Of a DNA stretch of 64,000 bases, positions 38,191 to 50,230 are shown one piece after another. The DNA is from Sphyrna mokarran (taxonomy: Eukaryota). The notes beneath the pieces are model-generated. The model saw nothing but the letters and a program-made list of their open reading frames with translations, had not been told where the DNA came from and did not search any database. Both the position numbers and the translations under genes were made by a program. Position 1 is the stretch's first letter, and the number at the start of each line of letters is the position of its first letter. Location of the stretch: contig JAGIQG010000009.1 in NCBI GenBank assembly GCA_024679065.1, positions 31,248,001-31,312,000 on the forward strand, given 5' to 3'.

Positions 38191-38365
38191 AAGAAGTCTC
38201 ACAACACCAGCTTAAAGTCCAACAGGTTTATTTGTAGCAAACACCACAAGTTTTCAGAACAGGCTTGTGGCAATTACTATAAATTTGCGTGTTGAACTTT
38301 AAGCTGGTGTTGCGAGACTTCTTTCTGTTTTTACTTCAGTCCAACATCGGCATCTCTACATCATG
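38191..38365. mobile_element. Penelope-type palindromic element, family 2
   Basis: aagaagtctcacaacaccagcttaaagt mirrored by actttaagctggtgttgcgagacttctt; aaacattt on both flanks. Confidence 0.7.
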
Positions 38366-38597
38366 AGAAACATTTATATCAGGTGAAAGACAAGATGAAA
38401 TGAGAGACAAATGCTCTGTTTACTTTTTAGAGTTTGCAATGGCTGATCAGCAATTCATCACTCAATGAATTGATGAATAGAAACTTTTAGCACTAGCTAA
38501 TGTTGGTGCTGATACAGAAGCCTACAACCAAAAAATGTTGGGAACAAAGCTTTTATCCTTTATCCAGGCCTTACATTGTATGAGGCAAGCCAACTCA

Positions 38598-38918
38598 GTG
38601 TGGCACGGTGGCAAAGTGATTAGCACTACTGTCTCATGACACCAGGGACCCAAGTTCAATTCCGGACTGTCGATGTGGAGTTTGCCCATTCTCCCCACAT
38701 CTGTGTGGGTTTCCTCCGAGTGCTCCTGTTTCCTCCCATTGTCTGTAGATGTGCAAGTTAGGTTGAGTGGCCATGCTAAATCGGTCTTTAGTGTCAGGGG
38801 GACTAGCTAGGATAAATATATGGGGTTATGGGGATAGTTTCTGGGTGGGATTATAGTTGGTGCAGAGTTGATGGGCCAAATGGCCTCCTTCTGCACTGAA
38901 GGATTCTATAATTCTATG
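38598..38918 (+). mobile_element. HE1-like V-SINE, tail type A
   Basis: ggcacggtggc head to ggattctataattctatg. Confidence 0.9.
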
Positions 38919-39799
38919 GTTCTAACTCTAAGGTGCCAATGTGATGCACTTCATTAAGTATTTTATATAACCATAATCCATTGTAAATGAAGTAAAATAT
39001 CATCACTGGCCTCTTCACTCTCATTAAAAAAAACAAATAATCGTCCTTTACTGTTGAGCAACACAGATTTCCATCAACAAGTCTATGGCCTTTTGGTTGG
39101 CCCACCACATCCCTCATAAAGGAGGAGACACTATTTTATAATAATAGGGATGGTTATGCCAGGTAACAAATAAAATATTATTCTGGCTATGAGTTCACAG
39201 TAACTAATTAATAAATCAAATATTAGCATTATTACATGGTTGAAATTGTTATCACTTAACAATGTCTGTGAGCTAAATATGACTAGTCTAAATGGTGTCT
39301 GAGTAACAATCCATGCTTTTCCCTCAACAGAAGTTGTCACCAATCAGTACAGCCTCCTATAGAAAACAGGCTGCCTGCAGGGCCGGAGATTCATTCATGC
39401 AAGTTTTAAACTAATAATAAATCAAATACTGATATTATTATACGATAGTCTGGGATTTTGTGATGACTTTAATCTGACACTTGATGTGAACATGTTAAAA
39501 TACAAATTCCTTGATTAAGGGCCAAATTGATGGGTTAATCAGGGAGCCTTTTGTTTTGTACTTAACCAGCAATGTCAATTTCTCTGGGACTCCTAGTTAG
39601 ACTACTAACTGAAAGTCCTCCATATGCTGTTGTCAGGTTTGTTAATGAAGAGATTTTGATGAAGGGACTTCTGCCTCCAAGGACTTATTACAGGTTTCAA
39701 TAGTATTTTTGGATCTAATGCAGCAAGGATTCAATTTCCTGGGAAAACTGGTGATGAAATTTTAACTTCTCTCAGCTAACAGGGACTGACAGAGTTAAA

Positions 39800-40510
39800 A
39801 TCAAAGATCAAAGAATATTACAGCACAGGAAGAAGCCTTTCGGCCCTCCAAGCTTACACCAATTATGCTGCCCAACATGACTAAAACACCCTATCCTTTT
39901 GGGGAACTATATCCCTGTATTCCCATCCTATTCATGTACTTAAAAGTCACTACCATATCCACTTCCTCTACCTCCCCCGGCAACAAGTTTAAGGTACCCA
40001 CTACTCTCTGTGTAAAAAATCTGTCTCGTCCATCTCTTTTAAACCTTGTTCCCTAGTGATTGATTCTTCCACCCTGGGATAAAGCTTCTGACTATCCACT
40101 CTGTCCATACCTGTCATAATCTTGTAGACTTCTATCAGGTCTCCCATCAACGTCCATCGCTCCAGTGAGAACAAACCAAGTTTCTCCAATCTCTCCTCAT
40201 AACTAATGCCCTCCATATCATGCAAATCCTGGGAAATCTTTTCTGTACCCTCGCCAAAGCTTCCACATCCTTCTGGTAGTGTGGTGACCAGAATTGAACA
40301 CTATATCTCCAAGTGCGGTCTAACTAAGTTTTTATAAAGCTGCAACATGGCTTGCCAACTTTTAAACTCAATAGCCCAGCCAATGAAACTAAGCATGCTG
40401 TATGCCTTCTTGACTACTTTCTCCACCTGCATTGCCACTTTCAGTGACATGTGTACCCTATAGACCCAGACCCCTTTGCCAATCAATACTCTTAAAGGTT
40501 CTGCCATTTA
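39800..40510 (-). mobile_element. CR1 3' fragment
   Basis: QVEKVVKKAY..LVRPHLE and YEERLEKLGLFSLE..GDLIEVYKIM. Confidence 0.9.
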
Positions 40511-42129
40511 CTTATCAAATTGAAAATGTTATCATTTGATCTCCATCTGCTACCATTCTAAACCATGCAGTCACTTTAGACATCTGAGGTCCCTGCCAGA
40601 AATGGCACTATCGTATATATATTTGGTTTAAAATTTGGACTTTTTTGTGTCAAAATATTTTCCAGTCCATCAACTTCCACCTTTGCTATATTAAAGTGGT
40701 GCTTGGGAAATACAAATCCTATCTATTGCTTCATGTCAATATCAGAACTTACCTGGACATTGGGAAATTTACATCACTATGTATAATGATATAGGTTATT
40801 TTTTTTTGTCTTTAATATGAGGTACAAAGTATTATTCTATCAAGCAACTCGATTACAAAACGGTAAATGGTAAGGTTCACCGTAGTCGGACTTCACTTGA
40901 CAAGTTTGCCCAAGCAGCAAGATCAGTGGTGAACAGTTATTTAAGTGGGAATTTTACAGATATTTTATCATTAAACTAACCAAAGAGTGGCCTTTGCAAA
41001 GCTCTTGAAGCTTGTCTTAAGAATAAGTCATGGGCACCTAAAAGTGGAAGGAAATTCAAGAGTAAAATAAGGAGCACCTTAAAATAAAACTTGCCCTCCC
41101 AAAAAAATATATTCCCGTTTGGCACAATAAAGCAATTACAGAGGTTGGCAAACACGGTTGAATTCCCATAATTCTCTGTGTTGTCATACATTGACACAAT
41201 TCCTAAAACACTTTTCATTACTAGTTTTTTTTCTGTAAAGTTCCTTTTAATTAAGTGTCTGCCTGGTTTCTCATACTCATTTCAATAACTAAGACCCACT
41301 CTGACCTAATGTACACCGACTCGTACATTATTGCTTAATTGGATATGGATTACTAAACAACTACATTTGCTTTGACAAATGAGCCCCACAAGGGTAACAA
41401 TTACACATTAGCATTTTTTCAATACATTCAATAGTTAATTTTCTTCTCATTTTTTCTAGTAAAAATTCAAGATTTTTCTGGCACTTTGAAGCAATTAAAA
41501 TTGATTATTGAAAACTAGTATGTCTATTTTGGAATCACAGTTTATGTGACTGTATTAATTTATCTCAAGGATTGTAAACTTTCTCCTATGCAGGTCAATC
41601 TAGAATTAAATGCCCCGGTTAGAGTCAAATCTTTCACTTCTCTGTGCTAACTATGTACTTTGATCACAGTCTCTGAACGTTATTGACCAGTGTAATGTGC
41701 CATTTCCCTTATTAGCCAGGTTTGTGGCCTCTCTGGTTGATAATTCAAGGTCAGCTATGTTGTATGATTTTATGCCCACTTGAATCTGGATTAAGAGCAG
41801 CACTACTACACGACCTTCACACAAAAAGGAAACTTGTATCACTAAGATTAACTTAAATTAAAAACCCCAGGTCCTGGAGGTGAGAGGATGACTGGAATTC
41901 CCCCAGAAAAATTCTAGGTTTCCAATGTGCAGGAAAATAGGAATAAATCCTGCCTTTTTTTAAGCATGATTTCCAGAAAAAATCTCTGATTCACTGTGCA
42001 TCATAGCCCTAGCTTGATTCACTCTGGAAACCAGACATGAGAGGCCAGCAGCATAGTGCTGAGCGGACCACTGAATATGGGTCAGCGCAAAAATTGCTGG
42101 CCAGTCCTGCAGTCCCCATCGCTAGTCAT

Positions 42130-42540
42130 GCAACCCCACCCCTACCACCACATTCCCTGATTGCTGGCCTCCTAGATTTCCACAGGCCAGCCCCGATGCT
42201 CCCCCCACCCCCACCATTCCCTTTCCCACTCCCACCCTCTTCCCACACCGGCCAACCCCAATCTCTGTTCTCCCTGATCTCCCACCTGGCCAACCCCGAT
42301 TTCCCCAACCCCCATCCACCAGCCTGAACCCCCCCCCCACCCAAGCAGTCTAACCCCCCCCTTCCCAATCATTCCTGACAGTCCTAACCCCTTTCTCTCC
42401 GCTCCTCCACCACCCAAATGGCCAGCCCCAACTACCTCCACCTTTCATCTCAAAGGCATGCCAAGTACAGAATGGCAGCAGGACCCTTCCCACCCCACCC
42501 CCAATGATTGCTTCCCCCAATAGGTCCTGCCCCTAAAGTC
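42130..42540. repeat. C-rich low-complexity tract
   Basis: Dense C runs; produces the Gly/Pro-rich spurious ORFs. Confidence 0.7.
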
Positions 42541-42689
42541 CATGCCCTCTCTGGGCTTGCTCCCTTGGCACTGCCCAATGCCCAGCAGGCTGGGAGTATC
42601 ACCCTCGATATGTTATCTCATTAAATAAAACTAACAGAAAGAATGAAACTTTGATCCTAAACACTTCAATAAAAAAACTTATATGGTAG

Positions 42690-43095
42690 AGTCTGTAACA
42701 CTACATTCTGCACCCTTTCCTTTACTACTCCCCTGTGTACGCTATGAATGGTATACTTTGTCTGTATAGCAAACAAGAAACAACACTTTTCACTGTACCC
42801 CAATACGTGCGACAATATTAAATCAAGTTCCCTCTTCCACATTCTTTCGTCGGAAAAAGTTACAAAAGCCTGAGATCACAAAGAACAGCTTGTTCCCTAC
42901 TGCCGTCAGACTTTTGAATGGACTTCTCTTGCATTAAGTTGATCTTTCTCTACACTCTAGCTATGACTATAACACTATATTCTGCACTCTCTTATTTCCT
43001 TCTCAATGAGTGGTATGGCTTGTCTGTACAGTGCGCAAGTAACAATACTTTTCACTGTATGTTAATACATGTGATAATAATAAATCAAATCAAAT
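42690..43095 (+). mobile_element. Two tandem Rex/Babar 3' tails
   Basis: taacacta.attctgcac..ctttcactgta..aaatcaa occurs at 42695-42826 and again at 42970-43095. Confidence 0.75.
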
Positions 43096-43294
43096 CTGCA
43101 TTTTATATGTTTTTATCTGTAGCAAGGCTAAATGAAATATAACATAGTTAATTCATTTGTTTCAGTACCAGACTCAATGCCAGAAAATGGATAAAGTGGG
43201 AGATAAACTTCTAGGATGTGGAGAGGAAGTGGAGAGTCAGAATAAAACTTGCGCATATGTTTTTGGACATCTAGTCAGTAATGACCCTAAATTA

Positions 43295-43575
43295 TAGAAT
43301 CAATCATAGAATTCCTACAGCACAGAAGGAGGCCATTCAGCCCATCAAGTCTATACTGACAACAATCCTACCTAGGTCCTATCCCCATAACCCAACTTAT
43401 TTACCCCACTAATCCCTCTAACTTACACATCCCAGGACACTAAGGGGCAATTTAGCATGGTCAGTGCACCTAACTCACGCATCTTTGGACTGTAGAGAAA
43501 AAAGGACATCTGGAGGAAATCCACACAGACATGGGGAGAATGTGCAAACTCCACACATAAAGTTACCCAAGCTGG
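43295..43575 (-). mobile_element. HE1-like V-SINE, tail type A (head truncated)
   Basis: Tail and V-domain on minus. Confidence 0.8.
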
Positions 43576-44429
43576 GATGTACTCAAGCCGGAATCAGGAT
43601 GGAGATCACTCATACCATATAGTCACAGCTCAAGGAAGTATAAAATGCCTCTCGTATAATGTTAAAGTTCCTTTAAATATGCCGAGAGAAGTCCAAGCAG
43701 GTTAAGGCCTGCATTCTCCATTGCATATTTGAAACAGGATAAAATTTCTCCTACCATACATTTGTGTCAATTTGTACCTGACTGTATTTTCCTGGAGGAC
43801 CTTTAATTTAATATTCCATTAGTATTCCATGAAAAGTAGGAGTCTTGATGTTTTTGAGAGGAAGAGACATTAGCTGCAGTTTTGTTAAGATTATCCAAAT
43901 ATTATGGATTGATAATATTATGAAGCAGCAAAAGGAGAAGTTGGGTAACTTTTAGAGATATCTGCTGTGGATAAGGCCCCAAAATTCCTGGAACTTTCAT
44001 GAAGAGTTAGCAGAGATGAGGACAAGGAGGTCAAGATTAATTGGAATGAAAGCCTCAGAGAGGATGGTGCAGATAATAAGGAGACAGTATAGGCAATTGT
44101 AATGGTTCTTTAACCACACCATTTCATTGTATCATAATTTCAGTCACGGTAAGTGAGGACACAGGAAACTAAACAGTTTGAAATAATTTGGAAGAAAAAC
44201 CCCACCTTCACACCATCTATATTCGCATAAATGACAAACTGTGAGTATCAATATGCCCCAGACACATCACTAATCTCAGAAAGAAACATTTCAGGAGCTC
44301 AGTTTTCAGAAAAAGTAACATTCAGGTGAACAATATTGACAACACACTCAGTGGAGACAATCTTCTTTTGTATTCTTGTTGATGGTTACAGAGTATTCAC
44401 CACTATTAAAAACCCCTTAGATACTTAAG

Positions 44430-45600
44430 TAGACAATGCCCGCTTACAGCAGAACCTGCACGATATTCAGGCTTAGCCTCATAAGTGGCAAATTACATAT
44501 GTAACCACACAAATTCTAACAGAACTAGACAGGATAGATGCAGAGGAGGTATTCCCAATGGTGGGGGAGTCCAGAACAAGGGGTTGCAGTCTGAGGATTT
44601 GGGGTAGACCATTTAGGGCAGAGGTGAAGAGACATTTCTATACCAAAGAGTGGTGAACCTGTGGAATTCATTATCACAGGAAGTAGTTGATGCCAAAACA
44701 TTGAATTTATTCAATAGATATAGCATTTAGGGCAAATGGAATCAAATGTTATGGAGAGAAAGCAGGATTAGACTATTGAATTGGACAATCGGCCATGATC
44801 GTAATGGTCAGTAGAGCAAGCTCAAAGGGCCAAATGGCCTCCTCCTGCTCCAAAGTTCTATGTTTCTATATTAAATGGGAGGCAATGGCCATCTCAGACA
44901 AGAGAAAATTGAATCATCTCCTCTTGCCATTCAGTAATATCAACATCACCAAATCCTGCACCATCAACATCCAGGGGTTACCACTAACTAGAAACTGAAC
45001 TGGACCAGCCACATAAATACTGTGGCTACATGAGCAGGAAGAGCTGGGAATTTTGCAGTGAATAACTCACTTCCTGACTCCCCAAAGATTGTCTACCATT
45101 TACAAGACACTTGTCAAGAATGTGATGAAATATACTTCTTGTTGGAATGAGTGCAACTCCAACAACAATAAAGAAGGTCCACGTTATGCAGAACAAAGCA
45201 GCCCACGTGATTAATGTCCCATCCACTACGTTCAACATTCACTCCCTCTACGACCAGTACGCAGTGACAGCAATGTGTATCATCTGCAAATTATTCTGCA
45301 GGAACTCACCAAGGCTTTTTTTGACAGAATCTTTCAAAAAATGACTTTTACCAACTAGAAGAACAAGGACAGCAGAAGCCCTGGAAAACCACCACCAGAC
45401 AACACATCATCCCAACTTGGAACAATATCAGCTTTTATTTACTGTTGCCAAGTTCAAAATCCTGAAACTCCCTTAACAAGGTATGGGTGACTGTGATGGT
45501 TGATGAAGATGGCTCATCATGATGTTTTTATGGGCAATTAGGAACGAGCAATAAATGCTGGCTGAGCCAGCAGTACTCACATCCATGAAAGAATATTTTT
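44430..45600 (+). mobile_element. 3' part of the 52109-56470 LINE family with a CR1 tail inserted at about 44520-44870
   Basis: Similar to 55020-56470; tail gggcaattaggaacgagcaataaatgctggc. Confidence 0.75.
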
Positions 45601-46714
45601 CAAAATGATGTAGGTTGGAGGATTTAATGACTACATTTGGAACTTATAATACATATTGAATACCCATGCTGTTGGCATCCCTCTGCATTGTTAACCAGCT
45701 GTCTAGCCAACTGAGCTAAATTGACATCTCCCCATACCAGCTGAGGTTATTCATGAAAATCCATCTTCTTCACCTTTCCCCTCACCTGCTGATCCTCAGG
45801 TTATATCAGCTCTTCCCTTTAAAAGTCATCTGGAACTATGGTGACTTTACGTACTGAATAAATACAACACTCTTTGATTATAATGGCTTCATCAATCTAG
45901 CCCTTTCTGATTTCAGCATAGGTGGCTAAGTAAAGTGTATCTGCACAAAGTTCATGATGCTATGAAGCAGGAGCCGCAAGGATATCAGGATTATCCAGCA
46001 TCATCTTGCTCCATGAAAAGTCCTTGGTATAGTCCCTGTGACCAAAGTCACAACCTTCAGATGTTGATGGCCCAGGATTTAGAAACCAGTGAGTATGTTG
46101 TTGTGTAAAAAGAGTTTTGGTACAAGGGATAGATGTGGTAATTAGGGATAGTGATAGGATATAATGAAGAAACAAGCAGTAAATGTGGAGAGTTTGGCAA
46201 TTGATTTGCTTATTAATCATTTTTAGGGAAGCTTTCGTTTCCCTTTAGTCCCCCCACCAGCGATGATCAGTGGCAGCCATGTGCACCATATGCAAGAAGC
46301 ATTGCAGAAACTTACCTAGGTTCCTCAGGCAGCATCATCCAAAGGACAAGAGCAGCAGATACCTGGAACACCACCGACTGACATTTTCCCTTCAAGTCAC
46401 TCACCATTCTGACTTGAGAATTGCCATTTCTTCACTGTCATTGGGTCAAAATCCAATTAAGGATGTGCAATAAATGCTGGCTTAGCCATGAGGTTGAGAT
46501 CCCATAAAACAATACATTCTAAAAGTGGCACAGTTGAATAGCTGGTAATGAGAGAGGCTTGCAACAAAGCTAATTGTGCAAGAGTATCCTGGCCAATATA
46601 AGTGTCAGGTATGAGACCTGATTGATTGAAACCTTTGGCAAATTAGTGATGGAGTTTTGTTGAATTGATGTCTGAGGCTCATGGTAAAGTTGGTAGAATG
46701 CAACATTTGAAGAA

Positions 46715-46942
46715 ATGGAATTGTAGAATTCATTACCACAGGAAGTAGTTGATGCCAAAACATTGAACATGTTCAAGATACGGCTGGATATAGCACTTAG
46801 GGTGAATGGAATCAAAGATTATGGGGAGAAAGCAGGATTAGGCTATTGAGTTGTACGATTAACCACTATCATAATGAATGGTGGAGCAGGCTCAAAGGGC
46901 CAATTGGCCTCCTCCTGCTCCTATCTTCTGTGATTCTATGTA
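46715..46942 (+). mobile_element. CR1 3' tail
   Basis: Close match to 44660-44870. Confidence 0.8.
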
Positions 46943-47070
46943 TCCAAACATTAATTCACTTCAACCGCTAATGTGAGGCAATTCACCTGACAGAATTGCA
47001 TCCAGACAGGTCTTTGGCGTTGATCTCCATGACTATCTGCTCTCACTGCCTTTTAAATATATGACTGTAG

Positions 47071-47284
47071 GGCCTTCTGGTCCCCGCAGACACAAACAAT
47101 GTTCCCCCCTTTCTACCATCAATACCAAGGAGTATAGCATTAATAAATCTGGGAGTCTGGTCTCCCCCATTGCCCCACTGGTCAATGTTGCCCAAGTTAG
47201 ATTCTCTTCTTTCACCATCATCTGGCACAATGCACACACTACCCCTGCGATGGATGTTAATAAAGTTGTTGAATCAAAGAAAGA
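47071..47284. other. Unique stop-poor segment, candidate coding exon (strand unresolved)
   Basis: Four of six frames open; plus strand tgtag|..aga|gtgagc, minus strand acceptor catccatcgcag; protein not recognised. Confidence 0.3.
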
Positions 47285-48424
47285 GTGAGCATTTTAGAAA
47301 TACAAGGTTGGCCAAAGTTTACCTTTTCAAAACCTTGCCGTATTAATATTCTCAGCTTGTAACACACAAGCTTAACATTTTTGCTGCATATTTTGGTGAA
47401 GAGAGACCTATCAATTTTACTTACCATCTGTGACTTTGGATGCCACAGTTAAATCCTGATGAACAGACAACTAGTTTGCCAAAAAGCACTTTATCTCAAC
47501 CTGGATTATATTAGGATTTCTAGTTTTGAGGAAATCAGTTAATTAGAAATGTTTATGTTGAAGCCTATTCAGTAATCAGTGAACACTCATTGTAAACAAC
47601 ATTGAAAACAGAACTAGTTAAGCTTTGAGTGTTACATGGATCATAGTTGATCAAAGTGCTTAGGTTTTTTTTAGAAAAACTGGTTTCATTGCCTAGATTA
47701 GGGGTGTGACCCAACAGAAGTGTCAAGCACTATGGTGACATTTTGTAATGTTGCAGAAATTTTCAATTAGGAAAGGATTGGCCTTTGCAGAAGATGAAGT
47801 GGGAAAAGATGGAACCTATCATTCTCCTGATCAAAGGACACCCAGGAGACAGGGGAGGTGGCACAGGACAATCTGTTGTCAGCATAAGATTGGGCAAAAA
47901 TTATCTACTTTTTCCAGATGAAAGAATGTGCCCACCATCTCTCCTCCAGAGCACACAATGTTATTGAGAAATTTTTACAGTACTCATAAGTAAAAATAAT
48001 TCAAATCACTCCTTAACATTTCAACTAAAGATGCTTTTAAACATTTATCCACAATTTTTAAAATTATTTCACAAGACAGCGTTAGGTTGGGCATGCATTT
48101 ATTGCCCATCACTAGCTGCCCTTGAGAAAGTGGTGCTGAGGTTCCTTCTTCAACCACTGCAGTCCATGTATTGTAGGTACACCCACAGGACTGTTAGAGA
48201 GAAAGTTCTAGGATTTCTATTCATTGACAGTGAAGGAATGGCAATATAACTCCAAGACAGGGTCATGCATGTCTTGCAGGGAAACTTGAAGATGGTGCTA
48301 ACCATCTTACTGTTGAGCCTTTCATCTTCCAAATACCCATGGTCAGGCAGAGAAGGGACACCAAGAGGTGATTAATGATGAAGACACACGAGCAAGAATT
48401 TTTCTGTGGACTTTGGGACCCCAA

Positions 48425-50230
48425 CATCATAGAAAATAGAAACATAGAAGAAAGAAGAAGACCATTTTTCGCTTCAAGCCTGCTCTGCCATTCATTACAA
48501 TCATAGCTGATCATCTAACTCAATAGCCTAATCCTGCTTTCTATCCATAACCTTTGATCCCATTCACCCCAAATGCTATATCCAGCCACCTCTTAAATGC
48601 ATTCAATGTTTTGGCATGAACTACTTCCTGTGGTAATGAAGTCCACAGGCTCACAACTCTTCTGATGAAAAATGTCTCCTCACCTTCTCCTAAATGGTCT
48701 ACCCTGAATCCTCAGACTGTGAACCCTGGATCTGGATTCCCCACCATTGGGAATATCTTCCCTGCATCTACCCTGTTTAGTCCTGATAGAATTTTATAAG
48801 TCTCTATGAGGTCCCCCTTCATTTGTCTGAACTCCAGTGAAAACAATCCTAACTTGATTAATCTCTCCTCATATATCAGTCCCAACATCCCTGGAATCAG
48901 CCTGATAAACCTTTAATGTACTCCCTTGAGAGCAAAAATATCCTTCCTCAGAAAAGAAGACCAAAACTGCACACAATACTCTAGGTGAGGACTCACGAAG
49001 GCCCAGTGTAATTGCAACAACACACCCCTGTTCCTGAACTTGAAATGTCTCGCAATGAAGGCAAACATGCTATTTGCCTTCTTTACTGTCTGCTGCACCT
49101 GCATGCTTACCTGCAGCGACTGGTGCACAAGGACACCCAGATCCCGCAGCATACTCCTCTCTCCCAATTCACAGCCATTCCAGTAGTAATCTGCCATTTT
49201 GTTTTTGCTTCCAAAGTAAATATCCTCACATTTATCCAAATTATACTGCATCATTGACTAGCCCATTGAACCAACTTGTCCAGATAATTCTGAAGGATCT
49301 CTGCATCCTTGTCAATGTTTACCACCCAACGTGGCATTATCTGCAAACTTTGAGATGTTAGATTTTGTTCCCTCATCCAGATCATTAATTCATATTGTGA
49401 ACAGCTGGGCTTCCAGCACTGATCCCGATGGCACTCCACTATTTACTGTCTGACAATTTGGAAAGCACCCATTAATTCCCATTTTTGTTTTCTTTCTGCC
49501 AGCCAGTTTTCTAATCATCTCAATACACTTCTTCCAATCCCATGCACTTTAATCCTGTATGATAATCTCTTGTGTGGAACTTTGTCAAACACCTTCTGAA
49601 AGTGCAAATATATTATATCTACTGGTTCCCCCTTGTCAACTCTACTGGTTACATCTTCGAAGAAATATAACAGATTTGTCAAGCATGATTTCCCCTTTAT
49701 AAACGCATGCTGACTCTATCTAATCCTGCCAATTGCTTTCTAAATCTCTGCTTTAAAGTCCTTGATAATGGATTTGATAATGGAGCGTTTTCCCCACTAC
49801 TGGTGTTAAGCTTACTGGTCTATAACTTTCTATTTTCTCTCTTCCTCTCTTTTTGAATATTGGAGTGACATTAGCTACCCTCCAATCTGAAGAGACTGTC
49901 CAGAGTCTATAGAACCCTGGAACATGACCACCAATGCATCTACTATTTCAAGAGCCACTTCCTTAAGTACCCTAGGCTGTAAATTATAGGGCACTGGGGA
50001 TTTATCTGTCTTTGATCCCATCAATTTTCCCAGCACCATTTCTCTACTAATATTGATCTCTCTGTCACTAAATCTTGTATTCTCCAACATTTCTGGCATT
50101 TGATTTTGCAAAGACAGAACCAAAGTATGTATTCAATTATTCAGTCATTTCTTTGTCATTATGCATTCCCCGTTTTTGTCTGTAGGGGACCTATGTTTGT
50201 CTTCATCATCCTCTTTCTCTTCATGTATCT
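48425..50230 (-). mobile_element. CR1 RT region and 3' end (decayed)
   Basis: DKSP.P..L.PRVLKEVA, KCE..YFG..RDLGVLVH..PHLEYCVQFWS; (ttctatg)-type tail at 48427-48450. Confidence 0.9.

Noticed and set aside
42037-42441. Gly/Pro-rich ORFs
   Set aside because: Products of a C-rich low-complexity tract.
41868-43802. Large TIR DNA transposon (aggtcctggagg / cctggaggacct)
   Set aside because: Terminal match is short and imperfect with no TSD or transposase; left uncalled.
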